Below, in pieces: positions 48,701-61,400 of a stretch of DNA of 64,000 bases. The position numbers and the translations under genes were made by a program. Location: NCBI GenBank assembly GCA_043228905.1, contig JBHGNT010000018.1, forward strand, positions 4,960,001-5,024,000, given 5' to 3'. This DNA is from Azolla caroliniana. Taxonomy: Eukaryota; Plantae; Polypodiophyta. The notes beneath the pieces were generated by a model that saw only the letters and a program-made list of their open reading frames with translations, searched no databases and was not told the origin of the DNA. How positions within the stretch are numbered: the stretch's first letter is position 1; each line of letters begins with the position of its first letter.

Positions 48701-51700
48701 AGTAGGAAGTTTTGTTTCTCCGACAACGGAGGGTGTACGATAGTCGGCGTCGTAGGCCGAGAAAAGACAAGGGTGGAAGAGCGACTTCGGCCGTGCGGAG
48801 TTCTCGGGCCCAGCGAGGAAATCAACGGAGCCGTGGAGGCGGTCTCCTTCGACGATACCTTGGGAATACTGTGAGAGGTGGTCGGAGAGGGCCTTAAAGA
48901 GGACCGGACGATACCGGTTTGTTCAGAAGAGATGTACGAAGTCATCGCGGACTTCAGTCGAGGGCTCGAATCGGATCGGACGGCCCGGGTTAACACGAAG
49001 TACAAGACTGTGGACCGGAAGGTAAGGCCAGTCGCGGCACCCTTACCGGAGGGCAGCGAGTTGCGAATCAAGGGGGTCGCGTTGGACCCCAGTTTACGTG
49101 ATCCGGCTTGCATAGGACACACCTTCACCGACAGAACGCTACGGGAGCTCAAAATCGGTGGGGGCGGGTTCCTACTGCCGGCGGAAGAAGACCGGTTTCG
49201 GAGAATGCTTGGAAGGCACGGGAAAGCCTTCGCATTCTCACCGGAAGAAATTGGGTGCGTAGACCCGACAGTCGTAAAGCCGATGGTGATATTCACGGTA
49301 CTGCATGTGCCGTGGAATCTCAAACCAATTCCGGTACCGAGAGCTCACATCCCGGAGCTGATGGAGCTGTTGAGGCAGAAAGTCGATATGGGCATCCTCG
49401 AACCGTCGAGTGCCCTGTACTCGAACCGGTGGTTTACCGTACCGAAGAAGAACGGGACGTTGCGCTTCATTCAAGACCTGCAACCGGTCAACAGAGTGAC
49501 CATTCGGAACGCAGGAATCGGACCAACGATAGACGAGTTCGCAGAGGCCTTCGCCGGAAGGTCGATCTACTTGGTCGGTGATCTGTACTCGGGGTACGAT
49601 CAGTTCCAACTAGCCGTGGAGAGTAGAGACATTACGACGATGCGGACTCCTCTCGGCCTAGTGCGGATGTGTACCCTGCCACAAGGAGGGACGAACTCGG
49701 TGGCCCACATGGTGAATGCGATGAACAAGGTGTTGAGGGATTGTATCCCGGACATCACCATGCCATTCTTGGACGACATCCCGATCAAGGGATGTCTGGT
49801 GGAGAAAAAGGACGAAACGATCGGACCGGACGGATGCCGAAAATTCGTGGCGACACACATTGACGACTGTGAGAGGGTGCTGCAGAGGCTAGAGGACGCG
49901 AGGCTCACCTTCTCCGGGGAGAAATCGGCCTTCGGGCAATCGGAGATCATGGTCGTCGGACATGTATGCGGACCGTATGGCCGGAAACCGTCTCCGGCTA
50001 AGGTGGAGGCGATCTCCGCAATGAAGCCCGACTGTGACTCGGTCACGGAAGTACGGAGGTTCTTGGGAGCATGTGCGTTCTACCACATATGGATCCCACA
50101 TTACGCCCACGTTGCCGAGCCGCTATATGGGTTGGTGAAAAAGGGGCGAAAATTCGAGTGGCGGGACGAGCATACGGAGTCGGTCCGAAAGATGAAGGAG
50201 GCTCTTGCTGCAGCTTCGGCACTTCGGAAGGCTGTCTATGAGAAAGGTACTCCCATCTACTTAATGGTAGATACAAGTCCGTCCGGGATCGGATGGGTCG
50301 TCAACCAAGAAGATGAGGACGGCATTCGGTTCCCAATCTGGTTCGGCGCGAAGGTCCTCAGCGAGCGACAACGAGGATACGCCTAGGTTAAACGCGAACT
50401 CTGGGGTATCGTTTCGGCGGTGAAGGCCAATAAAGACTATCTGATCGGGACATAAGTGATTATCGAGACGGACTGCCTGCCGATTCTCGGCATGGTTTCT
50501 GGATGCGCAACCCCGGACCTGGCAATGCTCAGGTGGATAGCGTACATCAAGTCCCTGGATCCGGAAATACGACACATTTCCGGAAAAGACAATGCCATGG
50601 CCGACATGCTTTCAAGGGTGCGATTCGACGACGAGGGCGGCATGGTTTCAGAGGACGAGGAACTCGGCGTGGACTTCTTCGAGGTGGCTTACGTAACAAC
50701 CGAGGGGGGGAGCACTCCGGCGCCTAACGATTTTGATGAGAGCAAGTACAATGGGGAGTGGCTGCAGATTGGGGGATTCTTAAGGACGATGACGCCGGAC
50801 GCGTCATGGACAAAGGACGAGGCCAACCGGATCTGGAAGAAAGCGTACCGATTCTTTCTCCGGGACGGATCCTTGTGGAAGCACCCGAAGAAGAGAAACG
50901 ACATCCCGCTCCGAGTAGTGGCGATGAACGAGGAACAGGAGAAGTTGCTGAAGGCCTACCACGACAACCCCTGGGCTGGACACTGAGGGACGTGGGCCAC
51001 GTTCGAGAAACTAAAGGGGAAGTACTGGTGGCCGGGACTGTACCAGGACGTGCATCGGTTCGTGACAACTTGTGAGAGCTGTCAGATACACTCCACAGTC
51101 CGACATCGGGATGAGCTTCATCCTACATACCCTCCGGCCATCCACTTCAAGTGGATGGTAGATTTGGTGACGATGCCGATGGGCGTAGGGCAGATGCGAT
51201 ATCTGGTGCTGGCCCGGGAGGACCTGACGAACCAGGTGGAAGGCCGAGCCTTGTAGAACAAAACGACCGCGGCCGTGTGTCAGTTCCTGATCGAGGACGT
51301 GATATGCCGGTACGGGTGCGTCGGGAAGATCGTGGCTGACCGCGGGGAGTTGGACGCCGAAGAGGCCAAGGAGCTGTTCGACCGGTTAGGGGTCAAGCTC
51401 TCGCTCACCACAGCGTACAATCCAGAGGCGAACGGGAAGGTGGAGCGCGGACACGGACCGATTGTCAAAGCACTGGTCTGAGCATGCGGAGGCCAGGTCG
51501 GGAACTGGCCACGACTGTTACCTTATGCCTTGTGGGCGGACCGGACAACGCACAGTTCGGTAACCGGGTTCATGCCGTCAGAGCTCATGTTCGGACAAAC
51601 GCCAATCATGCCGACGGAACAGATGATCTCCTCTTGGGCGACAGTGGACTGGAGAGACGAGATGAGCCGGGAAGAACTGCTAGCGGCGCGTATACGGCAG

Positions 51701-51957
51701 CTCGAGCGGAGGCCAGAGGACGTGGAACGAGCGGCGGAGAGACTTCGGACGGCGAGGATGAGGAACAAAGCCCGGTTCGATCGAACGCACCAGCTCCGAC
51801 CAAAGAAAATCGAGGAAGGCGACTGGGTGCTAGTCTACGACAGCAGCCTCGACAACCAGCACCGGGCAACACGGAAGTTTGCAAAGCGGTGGTTCGGGCC
51901 TTACGTGGTAACGAGCGCCAACGACAATGGGACGTATCACCTGGCGGAACTCGACGG
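45784..51957 (+). mobile_element. Gypsy LTR retrotransposon copy 1 (tRNA-Trp PBS, Phygy-like); 3' LTR missing
   Basis: 5' LTR 45784-46432 (tgtcg...cgaca). PBS tggtgaacctgacgtga. Gag, CMWCDEVGHIRKDC, PR (ALVDHGSEINLM), RT (PFLDDIPIKG), RH, INT. Many stops. Breaks at 51957. Confidence 0.93.
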
Positions 51958-52408
51958 CTATGTATAGGTGCTGGTGTGTCTTTATTTTGTACATCTACCG
52001 GAGTCACCGGTGCTTGGATCTGTGGTCCGGTTAAGGCCATTTTGGCCAATTCCGGTTCCGATTCCACCCTTGGTGCGGGATGCTCAGTGCGGGGTAGAGG
52101 CGTTCCATCCTTCATCCTTCTTTGGGTCCGAACGCTCCTCGACCTATTCTATGGTGCTTGCCTTCTGGCGCTGTTGGAGGTGCTCTAACGGTTCCTCCTC
52201 CGCTTCCTCCTCCTGAGTCCCGATGTTGACTTTTGCTGCCAAGGGGTTCGGCTCTTGTTGAACCGGTCGGTGAAATATGATCTTGTTTGGCCGTGCTGGT
52301 GTCTCCTCCTGCATTTCCACCTGCCGCTTCGTATTGGCGCGCTCTTTTGCCGCCTTGTCCGTGTCGGCCGCCTTCCCTTTGGGTGCCTTAGAGGCCAACA
52401 GCTGCTGC
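51958..52408 (+). mobile_element. Second segment of the Tat-like host element (duplicates 45441-45783 and extends it)
   Basis: 51958-52294 matches 45441-45783 with ~11 substitutions and a 6-bp indel. The minus-strand ORF at 52144-52398 is the N-terminus of the antisense ORF. Confidence 0.85.
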
Positions 52409-55400
52409 TGTCATGATATGGCAAGAATCGAACCCATGACCTTATGGTATATGGGTCGAGCTCTTAACCATCACACCATCTATTGTAATTCATAGGATAT
52501 TATTTTCATTTATGTTTTATTATAAGAAAGTAATGTATATTCCAGATTTCTCTGGAACATTCTAGAAGTTTCAGGATTACTCCTGACAACACTATAAAAG
52601 AAGGCACTAGGCATTATGTTGAACCAAATTGGTTCAACGCCAGTCTTAAGCCTCTCAGTCTCTTTGTACTTATCTTTTCACATAATATATCAGCTGCTGT
52701 CATCATCTTTCTCTCTCTCTCATCCTCGCTATCTCTCTCTCTCTCTCTCTCCTCTTCTCACTTCCTCTCTCGGGAATCTTACGCAGTCTCGTCCTCTTAG
52801 TACTAATAGTACTGCTCTTCTTAGTACTAATTCCATCTCTGCTTTAGTACTATTCCTGACAGTTTGAACCAATTTTTCCTTTCCTCCAACCTACTTGTCG
52901 TTCTCCCTCATCCTCCTACCCTTTTCCCTATACTATGGCTACTGTTAGCGCCCAAGAATATCAATCCGTTTTCTCCGAGTTACAGTTCCTAAAAGAAAAG
53001 TTTGTTGCCCTGGAACAAGAAAACCAACGGTTGATAAGGGATCTGCAACAAATCGCTCTCGGAAAACAACAAACGCAACAACAACATGGGGAGTTAGCAT
53101 TACGGGTACAACAACTCGAAGCAGCGTTACAACAACAAGGATCAAGTCCCCAAGGATTTCATAAAGAGCCCAAGATTGGACTTCCTATGAAATTTGATGG
53201 AACGCGATCGCAATTCCGGGGATTCCTTAATCAGGTACGCTTAGTCATCCAGATGCATCCTTCCCAATATCCCACTGATGCATCTCGAGTCGGCCTAATA
53301 GGCACGTTACTTAGCGGCTCAGCCTTGGCATGGTTCGCTCCGCTTCTAGAAAAACAATCACCCTTGCTTAATAACTTTGAAGATTTTATTGGTGAGTTTA
53401 AAGCCTGCTTTGGAGATACCGACAGCATCAGGACGGCGATCAACAAGATCCAAAGATTGCGTCAAGGCGATCGTCCAGCCTCTGCCTACGCGGCGGATTT
53501 CTGTCTACTCGCCTCAGATATTCCCTGGGATGATCAGGCCCTCATGGAGCAGTTTCGCTACGGCTTGCGCAATGATGTCAAAGATCTGCTTTTAACCTTC
53601 CCCGAAGAACCAAAGTCTCTTACGGAGGCAATTAGTCGAGCGGTCCGATGCGACAACCGCTTTTTCGAACGGCGTTCGGAGCATCAATTACAAATACCAC
53701 GCTCTCGGCCGGAACCCACATACGCTTCAATCACGGCTAAACCGTTTGTACACGATGTACCTCAAGCCAATATTCTGACACTGATGGAGATCGACACCAT
53801 GCGTCGACGCGGCCCGTTATCGGAAGAAGAAAAGTAACGACGATGTGCCAATCGATTATGCCTTTATTGCGGTGGACTAGGGGATATCGCCATCAATTGT
53901 CCCCATAGGCCAAGAAGACAGGTAAATCAAATCGTCGCCTGTACTAAACCCGAGTCAATTCTTCCCTTCGGAGTGTCTGATAGTATTAATAGTACTAATA
54001 GAGTGTCAGATAGTATTCATAGTACTAATAGCCCAAGTATCTCAAACAAATTTGAAATCCTTAGTCAATTAGATGAAGAGTTAAATGATTGAGTCCAGCC
54101 AAAATAGGAGCCGTTTGGTTGGACAGCAGCCCTAGATCTGTACAACCCATTAGTGGTTCCATTCCTTCCAAGCAAGTTAGCAATGTGTTCGTAGCCCAAG
54201 TCATCGTTAGTACTAAAAGTACTCCCCCAGTACCCGTCCTAGCACTCTTAGATTCCGGAGCTAATTCCTGTTTCATGGATCGAAATTTTGCCCAAGCTTC
54301 TCAGATATCCCTAAGAAAACTTCCTTGTCCCACATCTGTAGTAGTCATTGATGGTCGTCCCATTGCTTCCAGGAATATTGTAGAAGAATCAGAACCCATT
54401 CAAGTTGTCCTAGGTAGTTTTGTGTGTGTAATATCATTTAATATAATTAGTAGTCCAGAGCATCCCATTGTCCTAGGATTACCTTGGTTTGAATTACATA
54501 ATCCAGCCATAGATTGGAGAACAAGAGAAGTCTGATATCGACCACCCCAAGAATCTACTCACCGAGTTTCGACCCTTTCACTCCATCAATTACGCGAAGA
54601 AGGACACAAGGAGGCAATGTTCCTATTTGCAATATCAGTACATCCTTCCAGCACTATTAAGAAGGACTCCTCAGTACAACTTTTGGCAAAATATCATCCT
54701 TATGCCGATGTATTTGACAAGGTAAAAGCCGGTACCCTTCCTCATCACCGTCCCTATGACTGTCCCATCGATTTAAACCAGGAACCGAGCTACCATGGGG
54801 ACCAATTTACAACTTGTCACCCACCGAGTTAGAAGTCCTTCGAGCCTACATAGAGGAGAACTTGGCAAGAGGGTTCATCCGTCATTTGAAATCTCCGGCT
54901 GGTGCACCCATCTTCTTTGTCAAGAAGAAAGATGGCAAACTTTGTCTCGTCGTTGATTACCGCGGATTGAATAAGGTCACCATCCGGAATAGGTATGCAC
55001 TTCCTCTTATATCAAGTCTTTTAGAGCGAGTTAATGGTGCCAAGTTTTTTACCAAAATCGATTTACGAGGAGCGTATAACCTCGTGCGGATCCGACCGGG
55101 AGATGAATGGAAGACCGCCTTTCGCACGCAGTATGGGCATTTCGAGTATACTGTTATGCTGTTTGGCCTAACCAATGCACCCGCAGTCTTCCAACACATG
55201 GCAAATGATATATTCAGAGACCTCTTGGATATCTGTTTGATCATCTATCTTGATGATCTATTGATTTATTCGAAGACCCAACAAGAGCACGATTCTCATG
55301 TACTATTAGTACTAAAGCGACTCCGCGAGAATGGTCTTTATGCCAAGCTAGAAAAATGTAGCTTTGATTGCAAGCAAGTGGAATTTCTAGGCTACGCCAT

Positions 55401-58400
55401 GGATCCAGCTAAAATCCAAACTGTACTAGAGTGGCAAATTCCATGGTCGGTACGAGATGTACAATGTTTTCTAGGTTTTGCTAACTTCTACCGTAAGTTT
55501 ATACAGGATTACTCGAAGATTATCTTACCCCTCACACAACTTACGAAGAAGGGCCAAGCATTTCTTTGGTCCATTGAAGTAGATATGGCTTTTCGGATCC
55601 TAAGAAAGCCTTTACATTAGCACCGATTCTAGCTCATGTGGATACTAGCAAACCATTCATCATGGAGGCCAATGCTTCAGATTTCGCCCTCGGTAGCATC
55701 CTTTCTCAACAAGGAGATAAAGAAGAGTTGCATCCGGTGGCTTTCCATTCGCGCAAATTCGATGTTGCGGAAATCAACTACGAAATACATGACAAGGAGT
55801 TATTAGCCATCGTGGATTCATTTGTGCAATGGCGACATTTCTTAGAGGGCTCTCCACATTAGGTCGTTGTCTTTAGTGATCATAAAAATCTTGCTTATTT
55901 CCAGAACGCTCGTGTACTAAATCGACGGCAAGCTCAGTGGGCGCAATTCCTCACGCGTTTCGACTTCAAAATCACATATCGACCGGGGAAGCAGCAAGGA
56001 AAAGCAGATGCACTATCATGACGTTCATATCTTGCACCTTGTCCTGGTGATCCAACATTTGATAATCAAAAGCAAGTAATCTTGGGACCAACACGATTGC
56101 ACACGACGCGGTGTCGTGAAAAAAACCGTCCACAAGCGGAATCGGTGCACAGGAGCGTAGGAACCGACTCTTCTCGAATGTTGGCCATAGAAGATCTTAG
56201 GCGGGTAGATTTAGTAGGTAGGAGGTAAAGGGGGAAATGACTCCTTCCTGGCCTATAAAAGGAGGGAGACGAAAAAGGGGGAGGGATCGCGGAGAGTCGA
56301 GGACGAAGTGCTGTCGGTTAGTGGGCGAAGGCTTCTCTCTCTCTCTCTCTCTGGTTCGCAAACTCCATAGCTTCCTTCTGTGCAGGTTTCGGGAGGCTCG
56401 CGCTGCTCTGAGGAATGCCCGAGTGCTTCCGGCAACACCTCCAACCTGCTCCTGTCTTTCTGTGCGTTTACGAACAGGCATCGGCATCTGTTCGCCGGCC
56501 TGTTCGGTTGTAACCGACTTCGTGTTTTTGTTGCTTCCATGTTCTTGTTGTTGTCTTGTTAATATATACATACATTCGTGTCTCTCTGTGTCGCTGTCCC
56601 ACTCGCGTCTTTGTGTCGAAGGACCGCGTCCTTGTGAATCTACGCTCTCACGTAGTGGGTCTCTTGTCCCTTCTCTCTTGCTCTTCGGTACAGGACCCCT
56701 AAGGTCCCGCCTCATTCCACGCATCCGCGAGGAATACCTCGACATCTTGGTGAACCTGACGTGAAAGAGGCGGCAGAAGAGCAGAAGATGAAAGGGTCGA
56801 ATCTTGCAGAGGCCATGGCTTCGGCCGTGGATCGGATACTGAGCGCACGCGAGGGCTCCGACGCCCTCGACAGATCCATTGAGGCGGTCATCGGTACGAT
56901 CGGCCGGTTCAGCGGAAAGGATGCCACGAAGTATTTGGCGTCCTACGGGGCAAAAATGCTGATGCGGGACATTCCGGAAGAGAGGCGTCTTGCCGGGTTT
57001 CCTCGAGTGGCGATGCTGAGCATCCATGTGGAAGTGCTCAAGGTGCGGGTGGAGAGCCGCACCTGGGAGGAGTTCAAAGGCCGACTCCTGGAAAAATACG
57101 GGCTGGACGACGCGCTCCGGCTTTCGAAACGAGACTTCATGGAATGGGTGGAGTCCCCCGGCAGGGGAAGAAACGCGTCGGCACTCCTCCGGGAGTTCGA
57201 AGAACGCTTTGCGCGCCTTTCGGCGCTTGACCGAACCATTCTAGATACGAGCCGGGTCCTACTGTTCGTCAAGACGGTGGACGAGCGGGACCGGGATCAA
57301 GTCGGCTCCTTGCTGGAAACCGAAGACGGGCTGACGACCGACTGGGTAGCGGTTAAGAGAGTCTATGGCCTTTTCGACAAACGGCGAGAATGGGCTGATA
57401 ACGGGGCGGCCGGTGCGGGGTCTGTCACAACAAGGAGGCTTGAACCGGCACCGCAAGGGCGAAGGGAAGAAACCCGGGAATGGCTCAAAACCGGCCCGGC
57501 TTCGACCGGCATGGTCAATGGCTCGTCTGGAGGAGCAGCGCTGGAGGAGTTAACGGGGGCGATAAAGGATCTCCAGATCGCCCAGACTCGAAGGGAAGGC
57601 AGCGAACCGGCTCGTGACCGACGGCCGGCAGCAGGGAACAGGTGCATGTGGTGCGACGAGGTCGGCCACATCCGGAAGGACTGCGGCGATTTCGCAGAAG
57701 CGTTGAGGAACAGGGTGGTGTACCTGTGGGAAGGCCGGGTGCACGCCGGCGACACCAGGAGGGCCCTGAACCAAAACGACGGACGAGGAGGTATGAAGAG
57801 ACTGATGGAAGAGGCAGCGGCCCGACACGTGGAGGCCATCCACTACTCGGCGTCGGCCGGCATTCGGGTCGGGTGCAGCGAGGCCCGAAAGGAGGGCAAA
57901 GACGGATTCTGGGCGGCCATGCTGGAAGGTCTTGCCAGCGCACGGCTAAGGAAGGATGAAACGGACTGCGCTGAGAGACGGGTCCGGGAAATAACCGGGT
58001 GGAGCGATCCGGTCGAGGAGAAGACGGGCTTCGTAGAAGCCGCCTGCCGGAACTTTGAGGCTCTGGTAGAAGACAAGTGAGTGGGGAAAGCTGGAGCGGC
58101 CGGGCCCTCACAACGATACGAGACCCGATTCGGGCAGCGACGGAACGATGCCGGTGGGTCCGGCTTGCAAGATAACCCCAGGAAGGGCGGATACCGATTG
58201 GGGACGGAAATAGAAAGGACTACGGACCTACGAAAGGTCCTAGAAGAACGGATCCTCGACAGCAAGGTGGAGCTGTCATTGCGGGAGGTGCTAGGGATTG
58301 CCAAGAAGGAGTTCAAGGACTCCATTGTAGACTTGGTGAAACGGAAGAGGCTGTCGACGGAGACGGATCCGGAAAGACCGGTAGAGGTGCGGATGACGCA

Positions 58401-61400
58401 CATCGACGACTCGGCGCTGGTAGATGAGTGGGCGGAGAGCCACTATTCGAGGCCACACTGGGCCCGAGCGACCACGGAGACCCCGGTAAAGATCGGAGAT
58501 GTTCAGGAACCGGTGGTGGCGTTGGTGGACCACGGTTCGGAAATAAACCTGATGTCCATGGACTTCTATAAGAAGGGGAAGTGGCCGATCAACACCAAGC
58601 ACGGGTGGAAGATACGGGCGGCGACGCGCGCCACCGAGGAACTGCATGGGGCTTGCCCGAACGTGCGAGTCAAGATCGGCGATGTCGAGATTGACCAGCA
58701 CTTCTTCGTACAGGAGACGTCCTCGCACCCGGTCATATTAGGTGAACCATACATCACGGCGGCGCGAATGGAGACCAAGGTGCTAGAGAACGGTTCGGCC
58801 TACGCAAGGGTCAAAAGCCAGGACGGGCGCCATTCGGTCCAATTTCTGACCGTGAGACCGAACCACGAGCGGAACCGCGAATCCCTCGGTGGCGAGAACC
58901 GGGAGGATTTTTAGAGAGGGCTGCCAAGGCGTGGGGCCGAGACAGTCTGGACACTCGGGAAAGACCCCACAACTGTACGATAGAACCGAAACCGAAGAAA
59001 CCTTGTACGATAGGTAGAAAATTCTACTTCTCCGGCAACGGAGGGTGTATGATAGTCGGCATCGTTAGCCGAGAAAGGGCAAGGGCGGAGGAGCGACTGC
59101 GAGCGTGCGGAGTTCTCGGCCCAGACGAGGAAATCAGCGGGGCCGTGGAGGCGGTCTCCTTCGACGACACCTTGGGGATGCTGAGGAAGGTAACCGGAGA
59201 AGACCTTAGCGAAGACCGAACGATATCGGTATGTTCCGAAGAGATGTACGAAGTCATCGCGAACTTCAGTCAGGGGCTCGAGTCGGATCGGATGGCCCGA
59301 GTTAGCACGAAGTACAAGACTGTGGATCGGAAGGTAAGGCCGGTCGCGGCACCCTTACCGGAGGGCAGCGAGTCCCGAATCAGAGGGGTGGCGTCGGACC
59401 CCAGTTTACGAGATCCGGCATGCATAGGACACACCTTCACCGACGGGACGCTTCGGGAGCTCAAGATCGGTGGGGGCGGGTTCCTACTGCCGGCGGAAGA
59501 AGACCGGTTTCGGAGAATGCTCGGAAGGCACGGGAAAGCCTTCGCATTCTCACCGGACGAGATCGGGTGCGCAGACCCGACGATCGTGGAGCCAATGGTG
59601 ATATTCACGGTACCGCATGTGCCGTGGAATCTCAAGCCGATTCCGGTACTGAGAGCCGACATCCCGAAGTTGATGGAGCTATTGAGGCAGAAAGTAGATA
59701 TGGGCATTCTCGAACCGTCGAGTGCCCCATACTCGAACCGATGGTTTACCGTACCAAAGAAAAACGGAACGATGCGCTTCATTCAAGACCTGCAGCTGGT
59801 CAACAGAGTGACCATTCGGAACGCAGGAATCGGACCGACCATAGACGAGTTCGCGGAGGCCTTCGCCGGAAGGTCGATTTACTCGGTCGGTGATCTGTAC
59901 TCGGGGTACGACCAGTTCCAGCTAGCCATGGAGAGCAGAGATATTACAACGATGCGAACTCCCCTCGGCCTAGTGCGAATGTGTACCCTGCCACAAGGAG
60001 GGACCAACTCGGTGGCCCACATGGTGAATGCAATGAACAAGGTACTGAGGGATTGCATCCCGGACATCACCATGCCGTTTCTAGACGACATCCCGATCAA
60101 GGGGTGCCCGGTGGAGGAGAAGGACGAGACAGTTGGGCCGGACGGATGCCGGCGATTCGTGGCGACACACATCGACGACTGCGAGAAGGTGCTACAGAGG
60201 CTAGAGGATGCGAGGCTCACCTTCTCCGGGGAGAAATCGGCCTTCGGGCAATCGGAAATCACCTATGTGGACCTTATGGCCGGAAGCCGTCTCCGGCAAA
60301 GGTAGAAGCCATCTCCGCGATGAAGACCGATTGTAGCTCGGTTACGGAAGTTCGGAGGTTCTCGGGGGCATGCGCGTTCTACCACATATGGATCCCTCAT
60401 TACGTCCACGTTGCGGAGCCGCTATACGGGTTGCTGAAGAAAGGGCTAAAATTCGAGTGGCGAGACGAGCACACGGAGTCGGTCCGGAAGCTGAAGGAAG
60501 CTCTTGTAGCAGCACCGACGCTCCGGAAGGCTGTCTACGAGAAGGGTACCCCGGTATACATAACGGTGGATACGAGTCCGACCGGGATCGGATGGGTCGT
60601 CAACCAAGAAGACGGGGACGGCATTCGGTTCCCGATCCGATTCGGCGCGAAGGTCCTCAGTGAACGACAGCGAGGGTACGCCCAGGTTAAATGCGAACTC
60701 TGGGGTATCGTTTCGGCAGTAAAGGCCGACAAAGACTACCTGATCGGGACAGAAGTGGTTATCGAGACGGATTGCTTGCCGATTCTCGGCATGGTTTCCG
60801 GATGCGCGACACCGGACCTGGCGATGCTCAGGTGGATAGCGTACATCAAGTCCCTGGACCCGGAAATACGACACATTTCCGGAAAAGACAACGCCATGGC
60901 CGACATGCTTTCGAGGGCGAGGTTTGATGACGAGGGCGGCATGGTTTCGGAGGACGAAGAAGTCGGCGTGGACTTCTTCGAGGCGGCGTACGTGACGACC
61001 GACGGGGCGAGCATTCCGGCACTTAACGACTTCGATGAGAGCAAGTACGACGGCGAGTGGCTCCAGATCGGTGGATTTTTGAGGACGATGACGCCGGATG
61101 CGTCATGGACGAAGGAAGAGGCCAACCGGATCCGGAAGAAAGCAAGTACCGATTCTTTCTCCGGGACGGATACTTATGGAAGCACCCGAAGAAGAGGAAC
61201 GGTGTCCCGCTCCGGGTGGTGGCGATGAAGGAAGAACAGGAGGAGCTGCTGACGGCCTACCACGACAGCCCATGGGCTGGACACCGTGGAACGTGGGCCA
61301 CGTTCGAGAAGGTAAAGGAGAAGTACTGGTGGCCGGGACTGTACCGGGACGTGCATCGGTTCGTGACAACATGCGAGAGCTGTCAGATGCACTCCATAGT

